The notes under the pieces are model-generated. The model did not search any database. It saw only the letters and a list, made by a program, of their open reading frames with translations, and was not told where the DNA came from. From an uncultured Nitrospinota bacterium (lineage in GTDB: Bacteria > Nitrospinota > Nitrospinia > Nitrospinales > JAJDAT01), in NCBI GenBank assembly GCA_964344185.1, contig CAYFMN010000014.1, positions 1,384-65,383 on the forward strand: a stretch of 64,000 bases of DNA. The letters are read 5' to 3'. The position numbers and the translations under genes were made by a program. Shown here piece by piece: positions 1 through 10,961 of this stretch (the stretch's first letter is position 1; each line of letters opens with the position of its first letter).

Positions 1-1672
1 GCTGAACTCATCCAAAGGCCCGGCAGTGCAAGGTCCAAGAGCTCAGGCCGATAAAAAACTCTACCGTCAAGAAATGCGTAGGGTTTTAGAAAATCAACCA
101 GGTTTAGATATTGCACAAGAGCAAGCCGAAGAACTCATAATCGAAAATGGAACTTTAAAAGGATTGAAAACTTCTGAAGGCTCAGAATATCGTTGTAAGT
201 CCTTAGTTATAACAACAGGGACCTTTCTCAACGGCTTGATGCATATTGGAAACAAAAAAGTTGGCGGAGGCCGGTTTGGCGAAAAACCATCTTCAAAGCT
301 TTCGGAGTCTTTTTTAGCTTGTGGGTTTGATCTTGCCCGGTTAAAAACTGGAACGCCGCCCAGACTTTTAGCGGGTTCTATAAACTTTAATAAATGCGAA
401 ATACAGCGCGGAGATCCGGTTGCAAAACCTTTTTCATTTACCACTCCTTTTATAAATCGCCATCAGGTTCCATGTTATATCACGCATACAAACTCAAAAA
501 CCGCCGAAGTCATAAAAAATAATATGCACCTTTCTCCCCTTTATAGCGGTGAAATTCAAGGGGTGGGGCCTCGTTATTGCCCTTCCATAGAAGATAAAAT
601 AGTTAAATTTCCTGAAAAAAAATCGCACCAAATATTTTTAGAACCTGAGGGATTAGATACCGACTGGGTATATCCAAATGGAATTTCTACTAGTCTACCT
701 GAAGAGGTTCAAAAACAATATGTTCATACAATACCTGGCCTCGAAAACGCAGAAATCGTAAGACCGGGATATGCTGTTGAGTACGATTTTGTGCCGCCAA
801 CTCAATTAAAAGCAACGCTTGAAACTAAAAAAGTCAGAGGCTTGTTTCTCGCTGGACAAATAAACGGAACCTCAGGATATGAAGAAGCCGCAGGACAAGG
901 CCTCATTGCGGGAATAAACGCAGCGTGTTTTGTCAAAAAAATGCCTGAATTCATTTTATCTCGCATGGACGCTTATGTAGGCGTTTTGATTGACGATCTA
1001 ATTACAAAAGGCACTCGCGAACCTTATCGAATGTTTACTTCGCGCGCTGAATACAGATTACTTCTAAGACAAGACAATGCGGATTTAAGACTCACAGAAA
1101 AAGGATTTAAATTAGGGTTAATTGATCAAGAACGCTATGAAAAACTCCAAGAAAAAAAATCTTCTGTTGAAAACGAAATTAAAAGGTTAACTTCAGTCAC
1201 AATTGTTCCAAATAAAGAAACACTGGATCAATTATCTCGGTTGGGGATAAACGAACTACGGTCGCCCACAACACTAAGCGGTTTGCTTAAACGCCCAGAA
1301 ATTAATTATGAAGACTTGATAAAAACCTTCAATGGCTCTTCTTTAGATTCCGTTTGTGGCGAACAAGTAGAAATTCAAATTAAATATCAAGGATTTATCG
1401 ACCGTCAAAATCAAATGGTCGCTAAACAAAAGCAATTAGAAAATTATGCTATTCCTTCAGATTTTAACTTTGATTCAATAAGCAGTCTTTCGATTGAAGA
1501 AGCCCAAAAATTAAATGAAATTCGACCGCTCACTTTAGGGCAAGCATTAAGAATTTCGGGTGTTACTCCCTCGGCGATTAGCATATTAATGATAGAGCTA
1601 CAAAGGAAAAATAAAGGAAACAGTCAACATCACGATGAAGCTCTAACTCCTTCTACCCCCGTAAAAGCTTGA
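1..1672 (+). CDS. mnmG: tRNA uridine 5-carboxymethylaminomethyl modification enzyme MnmG/GidA, 5' end outside window
   Basis: The frame is open from base 2 ([18 protein letters not shown]...), so the GTG at 26 in the ORF track is internal. MnmG hallmarks are present: [43 protein letters not shown] and the C-terminal helical domain. Confidence 0.95.
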   Translation, partial: LNSSKGPAVQGPRAQADKKLYRQEMRRVLENQPGLDIAQEQAEELIIENGTLKGLKTSEGSEYRCKSLVITTGTFLNGLMHIGNKKVGGGRFGEKPSSKLSESFLACGFDLARLKTGTPPRLLAGSINFNKCEIQRGDPVAKPFSFTTPFINRHQVPCYITHTNSKTAEVIKNNMHLSPLYSGEIQGVGPRYCPSIEDKIVKFPEKKSHQIFLEPEGLDTDWVYPNGISTSLPEEVQKQYVHTIPGLENAEIVRPGYAVEYDFVPPTQLKATLETKKVRGLFLAGQINGTSGYEEAAGQGLIAGINAACFVKKMPEFILSRMDAYVGVLIDDLITKGTREPYRMFTSRAEYRLLLRQDNADLRLTEKGFKLGLIDQERYEKLQEKKSSVENEIKRLTSVTIVPNKETLDQLSRLGINELRSPTTLSGLLKRPEINYEDLIKTFNGSSLDSVCGEQVEIQIKYQGFIDRQNQMVAKQKQLENYAIPSDFNFDSISSLSIEEAQKLNEIRPLTLGQALRISGVTPSAISILMIELQRKNKGNSQHHDEALTPSTPVKA

Positions 1673-1680
1673 ACTTTTGA

Positions 1681-1908
1681 ATGCATAACGATTCTATAAA
1701 CTTTAAATACGAAGTTGATAAAAAAGATATAGCTTATATAGTTTCCCTGGTGGAAGCTTATGACAATTTAGCCGTAGTTAGGACCCTTGATCAAGGTCGA
1801 GGATTAATCGAAATGTTGATTTCTCCAGATTTTATCGACGACATAAACGAACTTGTCGAAAATCTGAAAAAAGAAATCCCAATTCGGAAGATAGATTTAC
1901 CAAGCTAA
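1681..1908 (+). CDS. small conserved hypothetical protein, DUF4911-like
   Basis: 75-aa ORF starting 9 nt after mnmG. The segment IAYIVSLVEAYDNLAVVRTLD resembles small DUF4911-type proteins as I recall them. Function unknown. Confidence 0.5.
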   Translation: MHNDSINFKYEVDKKDIAYIVSLVEAYDNLAVVRTLDQGRGLIEMLISPDFIDDINELVENLKKEIPIRKIDLPS

Positions 1909-1997
1909 ATAAACTAAAAAACCTTTCTTTCTTATACCTTCCCGTAAGGGCAAAATGTCCAAAAAGAAAACTTGCGACATTTAAAATCCATTCGCTC

Positions 1998-2930
1998 ATG
2001 TCCAGCCTAAAAAATATTCCAGTTTTTATCACAGGCGCTGGAGGAGTCATTGGCTCTCAACTCGCTAAAAAATTAACCGAACTTGAAGCTGACGTTTCTA
2101 TAGGATTAAGAGATCCTCAAAAAAATAATTTTTTAGATCCTGAAACTCTTCAAAAAGTAAAAACTTATAGCTTAGATACGCTTAATACCAAGCAAATCGA
2201 GGAAGTTTTCAAACAAGTTCAACCTCGTAAAGTTTTTCATCTGGCGGGTATAATTTCCCGAACGCGCGATCTTTCGGCATTAAAGCTAGTCTACGAAACA
2301 AATGTAAAAGGAACTTTAAATCTAATAGAATCCTTAGGCGAATACTGCGATTGCTTTATGCAATTTGGCACAGCCGGCGAATATGGGAATGGAGACGTCC
2401 CTTATTCGGAAAAATCTCCATTAAAACCTAACACTCCGTATGCCTATTCCAAAGCTTGCGCATCCATGCAAGCGGTCTTGCTATCGGACACTTACAAATT
2501 TCCAATAATCACCGCAAGATTATTTTCAGTTTACGGAGCGCAATGTTCGTTAAGCTTTGTCTCCGATTTAATTGAAGCCGCCAAGCAAAGCAAGAAATTT
2601 AAGATGACGCATGGTCGACAAACTCGTGATTTTATTTACATTGACGATGTAATTGAAGTCATTGTAAAGTTATCAACCAAGAAAGACGCCGTGGGAGAAA
2701 TATTTAATATTTGTACCGGTACGGAAACTGCCTTAAGAAATTTCGCCTTAGAATTTAACGACCAATTAAAAAATCCCATAGAAATTGAATTTTCTGGAAA
2801 AGAAGTTCCAAAAAACGAGATTTTGAGAAACTTAGGCGACGCATCAAAGATCAAACGTCTTCTAGACTGGGCTCCTTCTTTTAATCTTAAGCAAGGCATC
2901 AAAGACATGATCCATAAATTGGATCTATGA
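1998..2930 (+). CDS. NAD-dependent epimerase/dehydratase (extended SDR)
   Basis: Rossmann motif GAGGVIGSQL at the N-terminus and catalytic YxxxK (YAYSK). Size is typical of sugar epimerases. Confidence 0.85.
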   Translation: MSSLKNIPVFITGAGGVIGSQLAKKLTELEADVSIGLRDPQKNNFLDPETLQKVKTYSLDTLNTKQIEEVFKQVQPRKVFHLAGIISRTRDLSALKLVYETNVKGTLNLIESLGEYCDCFMQFGTAGEYGNGDVPYSEKSPLKPNTPYAYSKACASMQAVLLSDTYKFPIITARLFSVYGAQCSLSFVSDLIEAAKQSKKFKMTHGRQTRDFIYIDDVIEVIVKLSTKKDAVGEIFNICTGTETALRNFALEFNDQLKNPIEIEFSGKEVPKNEILRNLGDASKIKRLLDWAPSFNLKQGIKDMIHKLDL

Positions 2931-2948
2931 CTTGCTCCAATCTTCTAT

Positions 2949-4634
2949 TTGATGAAAATTTTCCTCGAAGATAAGTATTTCTTAATCGGCATTACCATTG
3001 CCGGAGCCTTCCTATATTTTTTTAATTTAAATAACTATTATCTTGGATTAGACCAAGCAGATTATTTAATTCATGGTACCCATATTTTAGAGTATGGAGT
3101 TCCCTATATATTAGGAGACACTCCGCCATTTTTTGACAGTCGGTTCGCAGTTGACGGAGTTTGGGGATACCATCCCTGGTTAAGTATGTATTTAATTGCC
3201 GGTTCCATCGCGATATTTGGACAAACAACTCTCGGAGGCGTATTTCCATCTGCGGTAAGCGGCCTATTAAGCATACCGGCTATATATTACCTAGCTCGCC
3301 TTATTTACAAAAATATTCATATATCTAGATTATCGGCAATATTTTTCACTTTCATGGTTCCATATATTTTATACATGAGGACCTCTAGATATTTCGGCCC
3401 GTCCATTTTGCTTGGGATATTAACTCTCATCTTTTTTATCCGGCTTTGGCAAAATAACGAAGAACGAATATACTTTTTTTGTATAAGCTCGATTCTTCTT
3501 TTTTATTCTATGTATTCTCAGTTTTTCGGCTTATTCACTGGGCTTACTTTGTTTTGCGCCATTGCAATTCGGAATAAAAATTTTTATCGAAAACTTATTA
3601 TATCTTACTGCTTAATCGCCGGCTTTACTCTACCTTGGTTCTTAAAATACTTTCTCCCAGTTAGAAAAAAAGTTAAAGAATTCTATTCCAATTATTTCAA
3701 TAAAGATTACGAAAAAAATACCGGAACCACCATCGAGTTTATTGTCGGTTACTTGAGCCAAATTAATTCTTATATCTTTCCTTTTATTTTGATAATAATA
3801 GTGTGGTCGTTAAACAGGTTTAATTCTCAATTTGAATTTAAATGGGATAAATTTAAAACTTTATTTTTTCTTTGTATAGGTTGCTCAATATTAGTAGCCA
3901 CATTACATACAATCCCATTATTTAACTACATATTAGGCACTGTTGCTATTTGGGCGATTCTTTTGGCGGAAATAGTTTATAAACTATCAAAATTAAATCT
4001 CATAGCAGGAAGTTCCACAGCGGCGATTCTATTATTTACTAACTGGCTTCACATTACTCCCTGGTTTGTTTACGACCAGATTATTTTTCCAAAAAATATC
4101 GCTAAAAATATAGATTTACACACTTTAAGTTCTGGATTGTTAGCCAGATGGGACACAAGTATTCGGGATAATAACGTCTCAAATTATTTATTGTGGGAAT
4201 ACGCTAAAGAATTAAGTGGGGAGTTTAATGGAGCCCTTAAAGATATCGCCACATACATCAAACAGCATGGTAGCGCAAATGACACTTTTGTAATCGCTCA
4301 CGAAGGAGACGCTTTAAGCTTTTACACAGGTATGAACTGGGGGAATGTGTATCCATTTAAGAATCCTCCTAAGTGGATTATTCCAAGACATAATAGGATG
4401 TATTCACTTAGGGGCAAGCAAAGCTCAAAAGAAGAAAAAATTCAAGCGACTAAATATGTTAATGACTACTTAAAATCACACGCGTATAAAAAAATTAATC
4501 GAAATAGTTGCGACACTGGATATTCCAATTCCTACAATATTTCGAATCATAACTTTAAGAGTTGCTACGGCTATTTCTCTAAAACCGTAATCTATAAATA
4601 TACAGGCAATCAAACAGGCGATCCTGTTGAATAA
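2949..4634 (+). CDS. polytopic membrane glycosyltransferase, ArnT/PMT (GT39/GT83)-like
   Basis: 561 aa with many hydrophobic helices in the N-terminal ~400 aa and a soluble C-terminal domain. It sits in a glycan-synthesis context. Start is ambiguous (TTG 2949 or ATG 2952). Confidence 0.55.
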   Translation: MMKIFLEDKYFLIGITIAGAFLYFFNLNNYYLGLDQADYLIHGTHILEYGVPYILGDTPPFFDSRFAVDGVWGYHPWLSMYLIAGSIAIFGQTTLGGVFPSAVSGLLSIPAIYYLARLIYKNIHISRLSAIFFTFMVPYILYMRTSRYFGPSILLGILTLIFFIRLWQNNEERIYFFCISSILLFYSMYSQFFGLFTGLTLFCAIAIRNKNFYRKLIISYCLIAGFTLPWFLKYFLPVRKKVKEFYSNYFNKDYEKNTGTTIEFIVGYLSQINSYIFPFILIIIVWSLNRFNSQFEFKWDKFKTLFFLCIGCSILVATLHTIPLFNYILGTVAIWAILLAEIVYKLSKLNLIAGSSTAAILLFTNWLHITPWFVYDQIIFPKNIAKNIDLHTLSSGLLARWDTSIRDNNVSNYLLWEYAKELSGEFNGALKDIATYIKQHGSANDTFVIAHEGDALSFYTGMNWGNVYPFKNPPKWIIPRHNRMYSLRGKQSSKEEKIQATKYVNDYLKSHAYKKINRNSCDTGYSNSYNISNHNFKSCYGYFSKTVIYKYTGNQTGDPVE

Positions 4635-4654
4635 AGTTCTGTCATTAAAACGTT

Positions 4655-5362
4655 ATGGATAAATTATCTAAAGTTGCTATTCTTTGCGGAGGGAAAGGGG
4701 TTCGACTCCGTCCTCTTACCGAGCAAATTCCAAAGCCGCTAATTGAACTTTCTGGAAAACCAATTATAGAAAGACTTTTAGAATTATACGTTGAAAAAGG
4801 ATTTAATGATTTTTATCTTTGCATTGGCCATCTCGGACAAAAAATTGTCGATTACTTTGAGCCTAAAAAACAATTTAATATTCGCTATATAGATTCTGGA
4901 GCCGAAGCCACTCCCCTTCAAAGAATCTACGATTTAAAGGATCTATTCGAAGAACGTATTTTACTTTCCTATGGAGATACTATTGCGGATATTAATTTCG
5001 AAGAATTTTTTAAAACACACGAAAAATCCGGGGCTGCCGCCACCATTTTAACCGCCCCGTTTGTTTCCCCTTTTGGACTCGTTAATTGGGCTGGTGAAGG
5101 TAATTTATTAGAGTCCTTTGAAGAAAAGCCTGTCTTTGATTATTATGTGGGTTATGTTATTCTCGAAAAAGAAGTTTTCAGTAAAATTACTCCTGAAATG
5201 CTGCAAGACCCCGTCGGATTGGTCTCCTTATTTAAACTCCTAATTGACGAAAAAAACCTTTCGGGATATAAACACGACGGCCCTAAAATTACCTTTAATA
5301 CGGACCACGAGCTGGAACGCGCCGAAAAATTAATTCTAGATTTTTACACTGTTAAAGAATGA
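4655..5362 (+). CDS. sugar-1-phosphate nucleotidylyltransferase (RfbF/RmlA-like)
   Basis: N-terminal signature LCGGKGVRLRPLTEQIPKPL of the nucleotidyltransferase fold; about 235 aa. Confidence 0.8.
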   Translation: MDKLSKVAILCGGKGVRLRPLTEQIPKPLIELSGKPIIERLLELYVEKGFNDFYLCIGHLGQKIVDYFEPKKQFNIRYIDSGAEATPLQRIYDLKDLFEERILLSYGDTIADINFEEFFKTHEKSGAAATILTAPFVSPFGLVNWAGEGNLLESFEEKPVFDYYVGYVILEKEVFSKITPEMLQDPVGLVSLFKLLIDEKNLSGYKHDGPKITFNTDHELERAEKLILDFYTVKE

Positions 5363-6342
5363 TGGAAAAAGAAAAAATACTCATTACTGGAGCCAGCGGC
5401 TTCATTGGATCTCATTTAACCCGGAGGTGCGTCGAGTCAGGCGCCGAGGTTTTTGTACTGACAAAGTATTTGAGCCAGGTTGAAAACGTTCGGCTTTTAG
5501 ATATTTGGGATAAAATCAAATTTATCGAAGGCGATATAAGAAACCTAGATTCCTTAGGCGCAATTCGTGAAAACCGTTTTGATAAAATTTTTCACTTAGC
5601 CGCTTACAATCATGTCGGAGATAGTTTTAGGCATATCAATGAAAACCTAGATACAAATGGCAAAGGAACCGCTAACTTGTTGGAAAGTTGCAAAGACTAC
5701 AAGCGTTTCGTTTACACCTCCTCCTCAGAAGTTTACGGCAAACAAGATTCCGTTCCTTTCCGTGAAGATTTTTTACCTAGACCGATTTCTCCTTACGCGG
5801 TTGGAAAATATACGGGCGAGTTGTACTGCAAAATGAAATACGAAGTTACCGGATTGCCGATAACGGTGCTAAGACCATTTAACACTTTTGGTCCTTATCA
5901 AAGCGAAAAAGCCGTTATACCTGAACTTATCATGAATTGTTTATTGGGCAAGGATATCGTAACTACGGAAGGTAAGCAAACTCGAGAATTCAATTTTGTT
6001 TCCAATATTATTGAGGGAATGATTATGGCGGCAGAATCTGAAGAAACGATCGGGAAAACGACTAATTTAGGCAGTAAAGAAGAGATAAGTATTAAAGACT
6101 TAACTTTAGCTATTCACGAACTCTCAGAATCTAAATCAACGCTTAAAATTGGCGAAATGCCATACAGACCGATTGAAATTTGGAGAATGAGCGCAGAAAA
6201 TCAATTGGCTTGGGAACGCTTCAAATGGAAACCGAAGGTTTTATTTAGAGAAGGTCTAAAAATCACAGTTGATTGGTACCGACGCTATGTCGAAACTTTC
6301 CGAAATCAAGAGTCTGGTTTATTGGGACTGGGGAAAATATAA
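5359..6342 (+). CDS. NAD-dependent sugar epimerase/4,6-dehydratase family protein
   Basis: GASGFIGSHL Rossmann motif and YAVGK catalytic motif. A 4-nt ATGA overlap with the upstream nucleotidyltransferase suggests translational coupling. Confidence 0.85.
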   Translation: MMEKEKILITGASGFIGSHLTRRCVESGAEVFVLTKYLSQVENVRLLDIWDKIKFIEGDIRNLDSLGAIRENRFDKIFHLAAYNHVGDSFRHINENLDTNGKGTANLLESCKDYKRFVYTSSSEVYGKQDSVPFREDFLPRPISPYAVGKYTGELYCKMKYEVTGLPITVLRPFNTFGPYQSEKAVIPELIMNCLLGKDIVTTEGKQTREFNFVSNIIEGMIMAAESEETIGKTTNLGSKEEISIKDLTLAIHELSESKSTLKIGEMPYRPIEIWRMSAENQLAWERFKWKPKVLFREGLKITVDWYRRYVETFRNQESGLLGLGKI

Positions 6343-6360
6343 ACGTCTTGAGCCAAATTA

Positions 6361-7050
6361 CTACTTAAATAATATATAACGCGTAAAATTAAATAAAAAT
6401 TCAAAAGCTGTTTTTATCTGTACGTTTGATTTTCCCTCCAGCCTTTCCTTAAATTGAATTGGGTAATCTATATAGCGCACATTAAGGCGGGTCGCTTTTA
6501 TCATGATTTCCGCGTCAATAAACCAATCTTTAGATTCTAAATTCAATTTCTCGAATAATTCTCTTTTAAAGATCTTAGGCTTGCAATTGATGCCTAATGT
6601 TTCTATGCGAAATAAGCTTGTAACAAATGCGTTATAAAACTTAGAAATATAACGCCGTATAAAACTTCCAGGAATTCCTCTTGGAAAACCTTTAGCTAAA
6701 TCAAATTGATCGCTAATAAGTAATTCTTTATAACATCCAAGAACAGCTTCTGGTTCAATCTGTCCGTCGCCGTCCATATACCCAATAAACCGACCTTTCG
6801 AAGCGTTTAATCCAGCAAGAATTCCATTACCATAGCCCTCATTCACTTCAATACGTAACGGTTTTATTTGGACATTTTTTTCGGCTATCTCCTTAATGAT
6901 TTCACCGGTCTGATCCGAAGATCCATTATCAACGGCGATGATTTCGAAATCTACGTCATTAGTCGTTAAGATCTGGATAGTATCTTCCAAAACTCGTCTG
7001 ACATTCGGTTCTTCGTTATAAAAAGGAATGGATACGCTCAAATCAGGCAT
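6361..7050 (-). CDS. family 2 glycosyltransferase
   Basis: GT-A motifs: SIPFYNEE, VDNGSSD and DGDGQ (DxD). Confidence 0.8.
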   Translation of the reverse strand: MPDLSVSIPFYNEEPNVRRVLEDTIQILTTNDVDFEIIAVDNGSSDQTGEIIKEIAEKNVQIKPLRIEVNEGYGNGILAGLNASKGRFIGYMDGDGQIEPEAVLGCYKELLISDQFDLAKGFPRGIPGSFIRRYISKFYNAFVTSLFRIETLGINCKPKIFKRELFEKLNLESKDWFIDAEIMIKATRLNVRYIDYPIQFKERLEGKSNVQIKTAFEFLFNFTRYILFK

Positions 7051-7078
7051 ACTGTTCTCTTAATCAAAGTTGAACCCT

Positions 7079-8353
7079 TCAAATATTTGATTCAGCTACC
7101 AGCTTCTCGTTTTCTATAATTTTTGCCAAACAGGGAGAAACAAGTTCGGCGACTCTATGAGATCCATTCAGCGTAAAATGACAATCATCATAAAAAATCG
7201 AAGAAGAAGGTTCTAAATCTTTTGCTATATCACAAATGGGAACTTTATTACGGATTGCAAAGTCTTTGAGATAATTATTGTACAAACGCGATATGTAGAT
7301 CATTGATTCAAAATCCAGAGTGTAATTCGCAAATGGAGGCGTCATCCAAAATAATCGTTTGTAATCTGGGCTTGCAGTTTCTTGGTAACCGCTTGGCTGA
7401 GTCAAAAGCACACAAGGGATTTTATGCCGCGAGCACACTTCCTGAATTTTATTCAAGTAAACTTTAAACTCTTCCACAACTTCTTCAGGTTTCCAAGAAA
7501 ACTTGTGCAATCTATTTAAAGAATCTTTCTTTTTCGTTTCCCGTAATTTCTTTGCTTTGCTTTCTAAATTCTCTTTTTTAATCTGGTTATCATTATTGCT
7601 AATTAATTTCCCTTTTAATGGCCCCCAAAAAAAAACATCCACCGCTTTAATCGCTTTTGCCAATAATGATTTCCTTAAAAAATAGGGTTCCATCTTATGA
7701 ACTCTAACTGAATCCGCTATTTGCTTATTCCAATCATTGATTCCGGCAAGAATGATAATCATATCCGGTTTGTATTGGATGAGATTTTTTAGCTTCGCAA
7801 AATGATTCCTAACTCGGGTTCCTGAGACGCCGGTGTTAATTATTTCGAATTTTTTCTGAAACCTGTTAGATAGTTCCAATTGCGTCAAGTGCGACCAGGT
7901 TTTTTGATCGTCCAAAAGTATTTGTTCCGTTGTAGACCCTCCTAAAGCAAATATCCTGAACCCTTTTTTATCGTTGTAATCAACTCGTGGATAAACTCGA
8001 AACCCCATTTCATCGGTCGTTATATTTTGAGTAACCCCTTCGGTTTCCTTTTCAGTATTTATATTTGCTTGCAGCGTTCTATATTCAATATGGTAATGGA
8101 CATAAGGTGTTAACAATGTCTGTAAAACCATAAATACTCCTAGCCACAAAGATCCAAACCGAATAAATGAGTTGCCAAAAAACTGACAACCTAATGGCAA
8201 AGCGTACAACAAAATAGTCGCTATCGACCACTCTAAAGAGTCTGGATCAATAGTAACGCTCCCAAACGCTAAAAATAAAAGCGCTAAGATCCAATTCCAT
8301 TGCAATTGAGTAATTTTTTCCAAAACGGGCGATAAATTATTGGTTTTAGGCAT
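7079..8353 (-). CDS. membrane-anchored SGNH/GDSL-type hydrolase
   Basis: N-terminal hydrophobic helices followed by SGNH blocks: ALGGSTT (block I), LAGINDW (block III) and DDCHFT (block V, DxxH). Confidence 0.65.
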   Translation of the reverse strand: MPKTNNLSPVLEKITQLQWNWILALLFLAFGSVTIDPDSLEWSIATILLYALPLGCQFFGNSFIRFGSLWLGVFMVLQTLLTPYVHYHIEYRTLQANINTEKETEGVTQNITTDEMGFRVYPRVDYNDKKGFRIFALGGSTTEQILLDDQKTWSHLTQLELSNRFQKKFEIINTGVSGTRVRNHFAKLKNLIQYKPDMIIILAGINDWNKQIADSVRVHKMEPYFLRKSLLAKAIKAVDVFFWGPLKGKLISNNDNQIKKENLESKAKKLRETKKKDSLNRLHKFSWKPEEVVEEFKVYLNKIQEVCSRHKIPCVLLTQPSGYQETASPDYKRLFWMTPPFANYTLDFESMIYISRLYNNYLKDFAIRNKVPICDIAKDLEPSSSIFYDDCHFTLNGSHRVAELVSPCLAKIIENEKLVAESNI

Positions 8354-8558
8354 TAGGAAAATGCGGATTTTTTTTTAAAAAAACTTGTTGGAGAGAAAAA
8401 GGTAGCTTGGATCTAAAAGGAATATTTTACTTTCCTCTCCATTTATGTCAAACCCTTTGTCCGCAATATGATAATATAAAGTCCATATCAAATTCCGGAG
8501 CCTCTAACTTCGGATCAGGTAAAAATATTTCCATCCAAGAATCTCGGTTCAATTTTTC

Positions 8559-9506
8559 GTGAAACTCATAATACAAATTCCCTGCTTAAACGAGGAAAAA
8601 ACGCTTCCAGAGACTTTAAAAGATATCCCAAAAGAAATAGAAGGGATAACTTCTGTAGAAATATTGGTTATAGACGACGGCAGTACGGACAAAACGATCG
8701 AAGTCGCAAAGGCTAATAATGTAAATCATATAATCAGCCTTTCAAGCAACAAAGGACTAGCCAAGGCATTCAAATACGGTATTGACGAATGCCTACGGTT
8801 GGGAGCCGACATTATCGTAAACACCGACGCTGACAATCAATACAATGGCGGAGATATTCCAAACCTTATTAAACCTATTCTCGAAAAACGGGCTGACATA
8901 GTCATAGGCGACCGACAAGTGGAAACTATAAAACATTTTTCTCCACAGAAAATTTTTCTCCAAAAATTTGGAAGCTGGGTTGTTCGCCGGGTATCGGGCA
9001 CTAAAGTTCCAGACGCAACCAGCGGTTTTCGCGCATATTCCAGAGAAGCCGCTATGCAAATTAACGTCGTTTCAGACTTCACTTACACACTAGAAACTAT
9101 TATCAGCGCAGGGAGAAAAAATTTAGCCATTGCGCACGCCCCAGTTAAAACAAATCCCAAAATGCGGGAGTCTCGTTTATTTCCTAACATCCGAACCTAC
9201 ATAATGAGATCCGTAGTTACGATTTTAAAAATTTATTCTATGTACAAACCTTTACGGGTTTTTACAATTGCAGGCGGTATATCTTTTGCGGCAGGCTTTC
9301 TAATCGGATGTAGATATTTATTTTATTTTTTTATGGGACAAACCGCAGGACATATACAATCGTTAATACTTTCCGCAATTTTGCTAATTGTTGGATTTCA
9401 AGTATTTATGATGGGAATAGCGGCTGAACTTATATCCATTAATCGTCAATTACTAGAAGATATCCAACTTAGAATCAAAAAAATCGAATTAGAAAATAAA
9501 GATTAA
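8559..9506 (+). CDS. polyprenyl-phosphate glycosyltransferase-type GT2 (GtrB/ArnC/DPM1-like)
   Basis: IPCLNEE, DDGSTD and TDADNQ motifs, with two C-terminal TM helices. GTG start. Confidence 0.8.
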   Translation: MKLIIQIPCLNEEKTLPETLKDIPKEIEGITSVEILVIDDGSTDKTIEVAKANNVNHIISLSSNKGLAKAFKYGIDECLRLGADIIVNTDADNQYNGGDIPNLIKPILEKRADIVIGDRQVETIKHFSPQKIFLQKFGSWVVRRVSGTKVPDATSGFRAYSREAAMQINVVSDFTYTLETIISAGRKNLAIAHAPVKTNPKMRESRLFPNIRTYIMRSVVTILKIYSMYKPLRVFTIAGGISFAAGFLIGCRYLFYFFMGQTAGHIQSLILSAILLIVGFQVFMMGIAAELISINRQLLEDIQLRIKKIELENKD

Positions 9507-9663
9507 AGAGGACCTCTAATAGTTGGCATTTTTACTGGTTTGCTATCGCCTAGCCCATGCATTTAAGGGCTAGGCTCCTGACAAATCTGAATTTTTAGAG
9601 TTTCCCTAAATAATAATCTCGCCCTAGTTCCACTTTTTCATCCTCACCAAACCTCAAAATTTA

Positions 9664-10917
9664 ATGTCAGACAACGATAAAAACAATCAACAAAACCTTT
9701 TGATTTTTACCTCAACCTTTCCCAGGTGGCCTGGAGACAAAATTCCAGCAGATTTTGTGTATTGCCTGGCGCGAGAGATGAGCAAATTTTACCCAACCCA
9801 TGTTTTAGCCCCTCACGACCCCGGCGCTGCTACTCATGAAAAAATGGAAAAGGTCTCTGTTTTTCGATTCCCGTTTTTTTGGCCTAAGTCCAAACAAATA
9901 TTAGCAAACGGCAAAGGGATGTTGGCCAATATGCGTCAAAGCCTTTTGGCTAAAGTACAAGTTCCATTTTTAATGCTTTCTGGAATGATCGCTTTTGTTC
10001 GAACTTTAAGAAAAACCAAAGCGTCTATCGTCAACTCTCACTGGCTAGTGCCGCAAGGCCTAATTTCAGCTTTTTTTAAAAAAAGATACGGTTATTTTCA
10101 TGCCATAACAATTCACGCTGCGGACGTTTTTTTATTAGCAAGAATTCCTTTTGGAAAGTTGTTGACCCACTTTATTGTCGATAACACAGATATTTTTCTG
10201 CCCGTAAGTAAAAGAAATCAAGAAGCTCTAGAATCTTTGGCTCCTAACAAAAAATTTCGATCTGTAATCTTGCCTATGGGAGTTCCTGTTCAATTTTTCG
10301 ATTCATCAGAAAAAGTTGCGCCCGAAGATTTAAACATTGATCCTAATAAAAAAAACGTGTTATTTGTCGGAAAAATCACAGAAAAGAAAGGACTGCCCTA
10401 TTTAATTCGAGCCTTTGCCGCCTGGTCTAAAGAAGAACCAGACGCTCGCTTGATAGTTGTTGGAGACGGCTTTATGAGATCTCAATGCGAAGAAGAAGCC
10501 AATCAACTTGGCGCTGCAGAAAAAATTAGCTTTGTTGGAATGAAATCAAAGGAAGAAGTAAAAAATTATTTAAAAAATTCCGACCTCCTCGTAGTTCCTT
10601 CTATAATCGATAGTCGTGGCGAAACTGAAGGAGCCCCCGTTGTAGTTATGGAAGCAATGGCTGCGGGAAAACCAATTATTGCAAGCGATGTTGGGGGTAT
10701 TTCCGATATGGTTGGCCACAATTTAAATGGGGTTATTGTTCAGGAAAAGGATGTAACCGCTTTAACTAAAGCATTCAAGATCCTTTATTCTAAAGACAAC
10801 TTACAAACAATGGGGAAAAAATCGCTTGAAATCATCCAAGATTACGACTGGAAATCCATTGGCCAAAAATATAAAAATTCTTTTTCTAATTCTGGATTTA
10901 TCTCCAAACAAAAATAA
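9664..10917 (+). CDS. family 4 (GT-B) glycosyltransferase
   Basis: C-terminal GT4 signature RGETEGAPVVVMEAMAAGKPIIASDVGG. Confidence 0.85.
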   Translation: MSDNDKNNQQNLLIFTSTFPRWPGDKIPADFVYCLAREMSKFYPTHVLAPHDPGAATHEKMEKVSVFRFPFFWPKSKQILANGKGMLANMRQSLLAKVQVPFLMLSGMIAFVRTLRKTKASIVNSHWLVPQGLISAFFKKRYGYFHAITIHAADVFLLARIPFGKLLTHFIVDNTDIFLPVSKRNQEALESLAPNKKFRSVILPMGVPVQFFDSSEKVAPEDLNIDPNKKNVLFVGKITEKKGLPYLIRAFAAWSKEEPDARLIVVGDGFMRSQCEEEANQLGAAEKISFVGMKSKEEVKNYLKNSDLLVVPSIIDSRGETEGAPVVVMEAMAAGKPIIASDVGGISDMVGHNLNGVIVQEKDVTALTKAFKILYSKDNLQTMGKKSLEIIQDYDWKSIGQKYKNSFSNSGFISKQK

Positions 10918-10961
10918 AACTTTCTCTCTTTTATAAAACGCTCTCTTGCGTTTTTTATATA

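Noticed and set aside
9548-9575. Perfect 9-bp GC-rich hairpin GCCTAGCCC/GGGCTAGGC after the GT2 gene as a rho-independent terminator
   Set aside because: No T-tract follows on either strand and no second copy was found in the window, so it is neither a confident terminator nor a REP-like repeat. It may still act as an RNA-stabilising hairpin.
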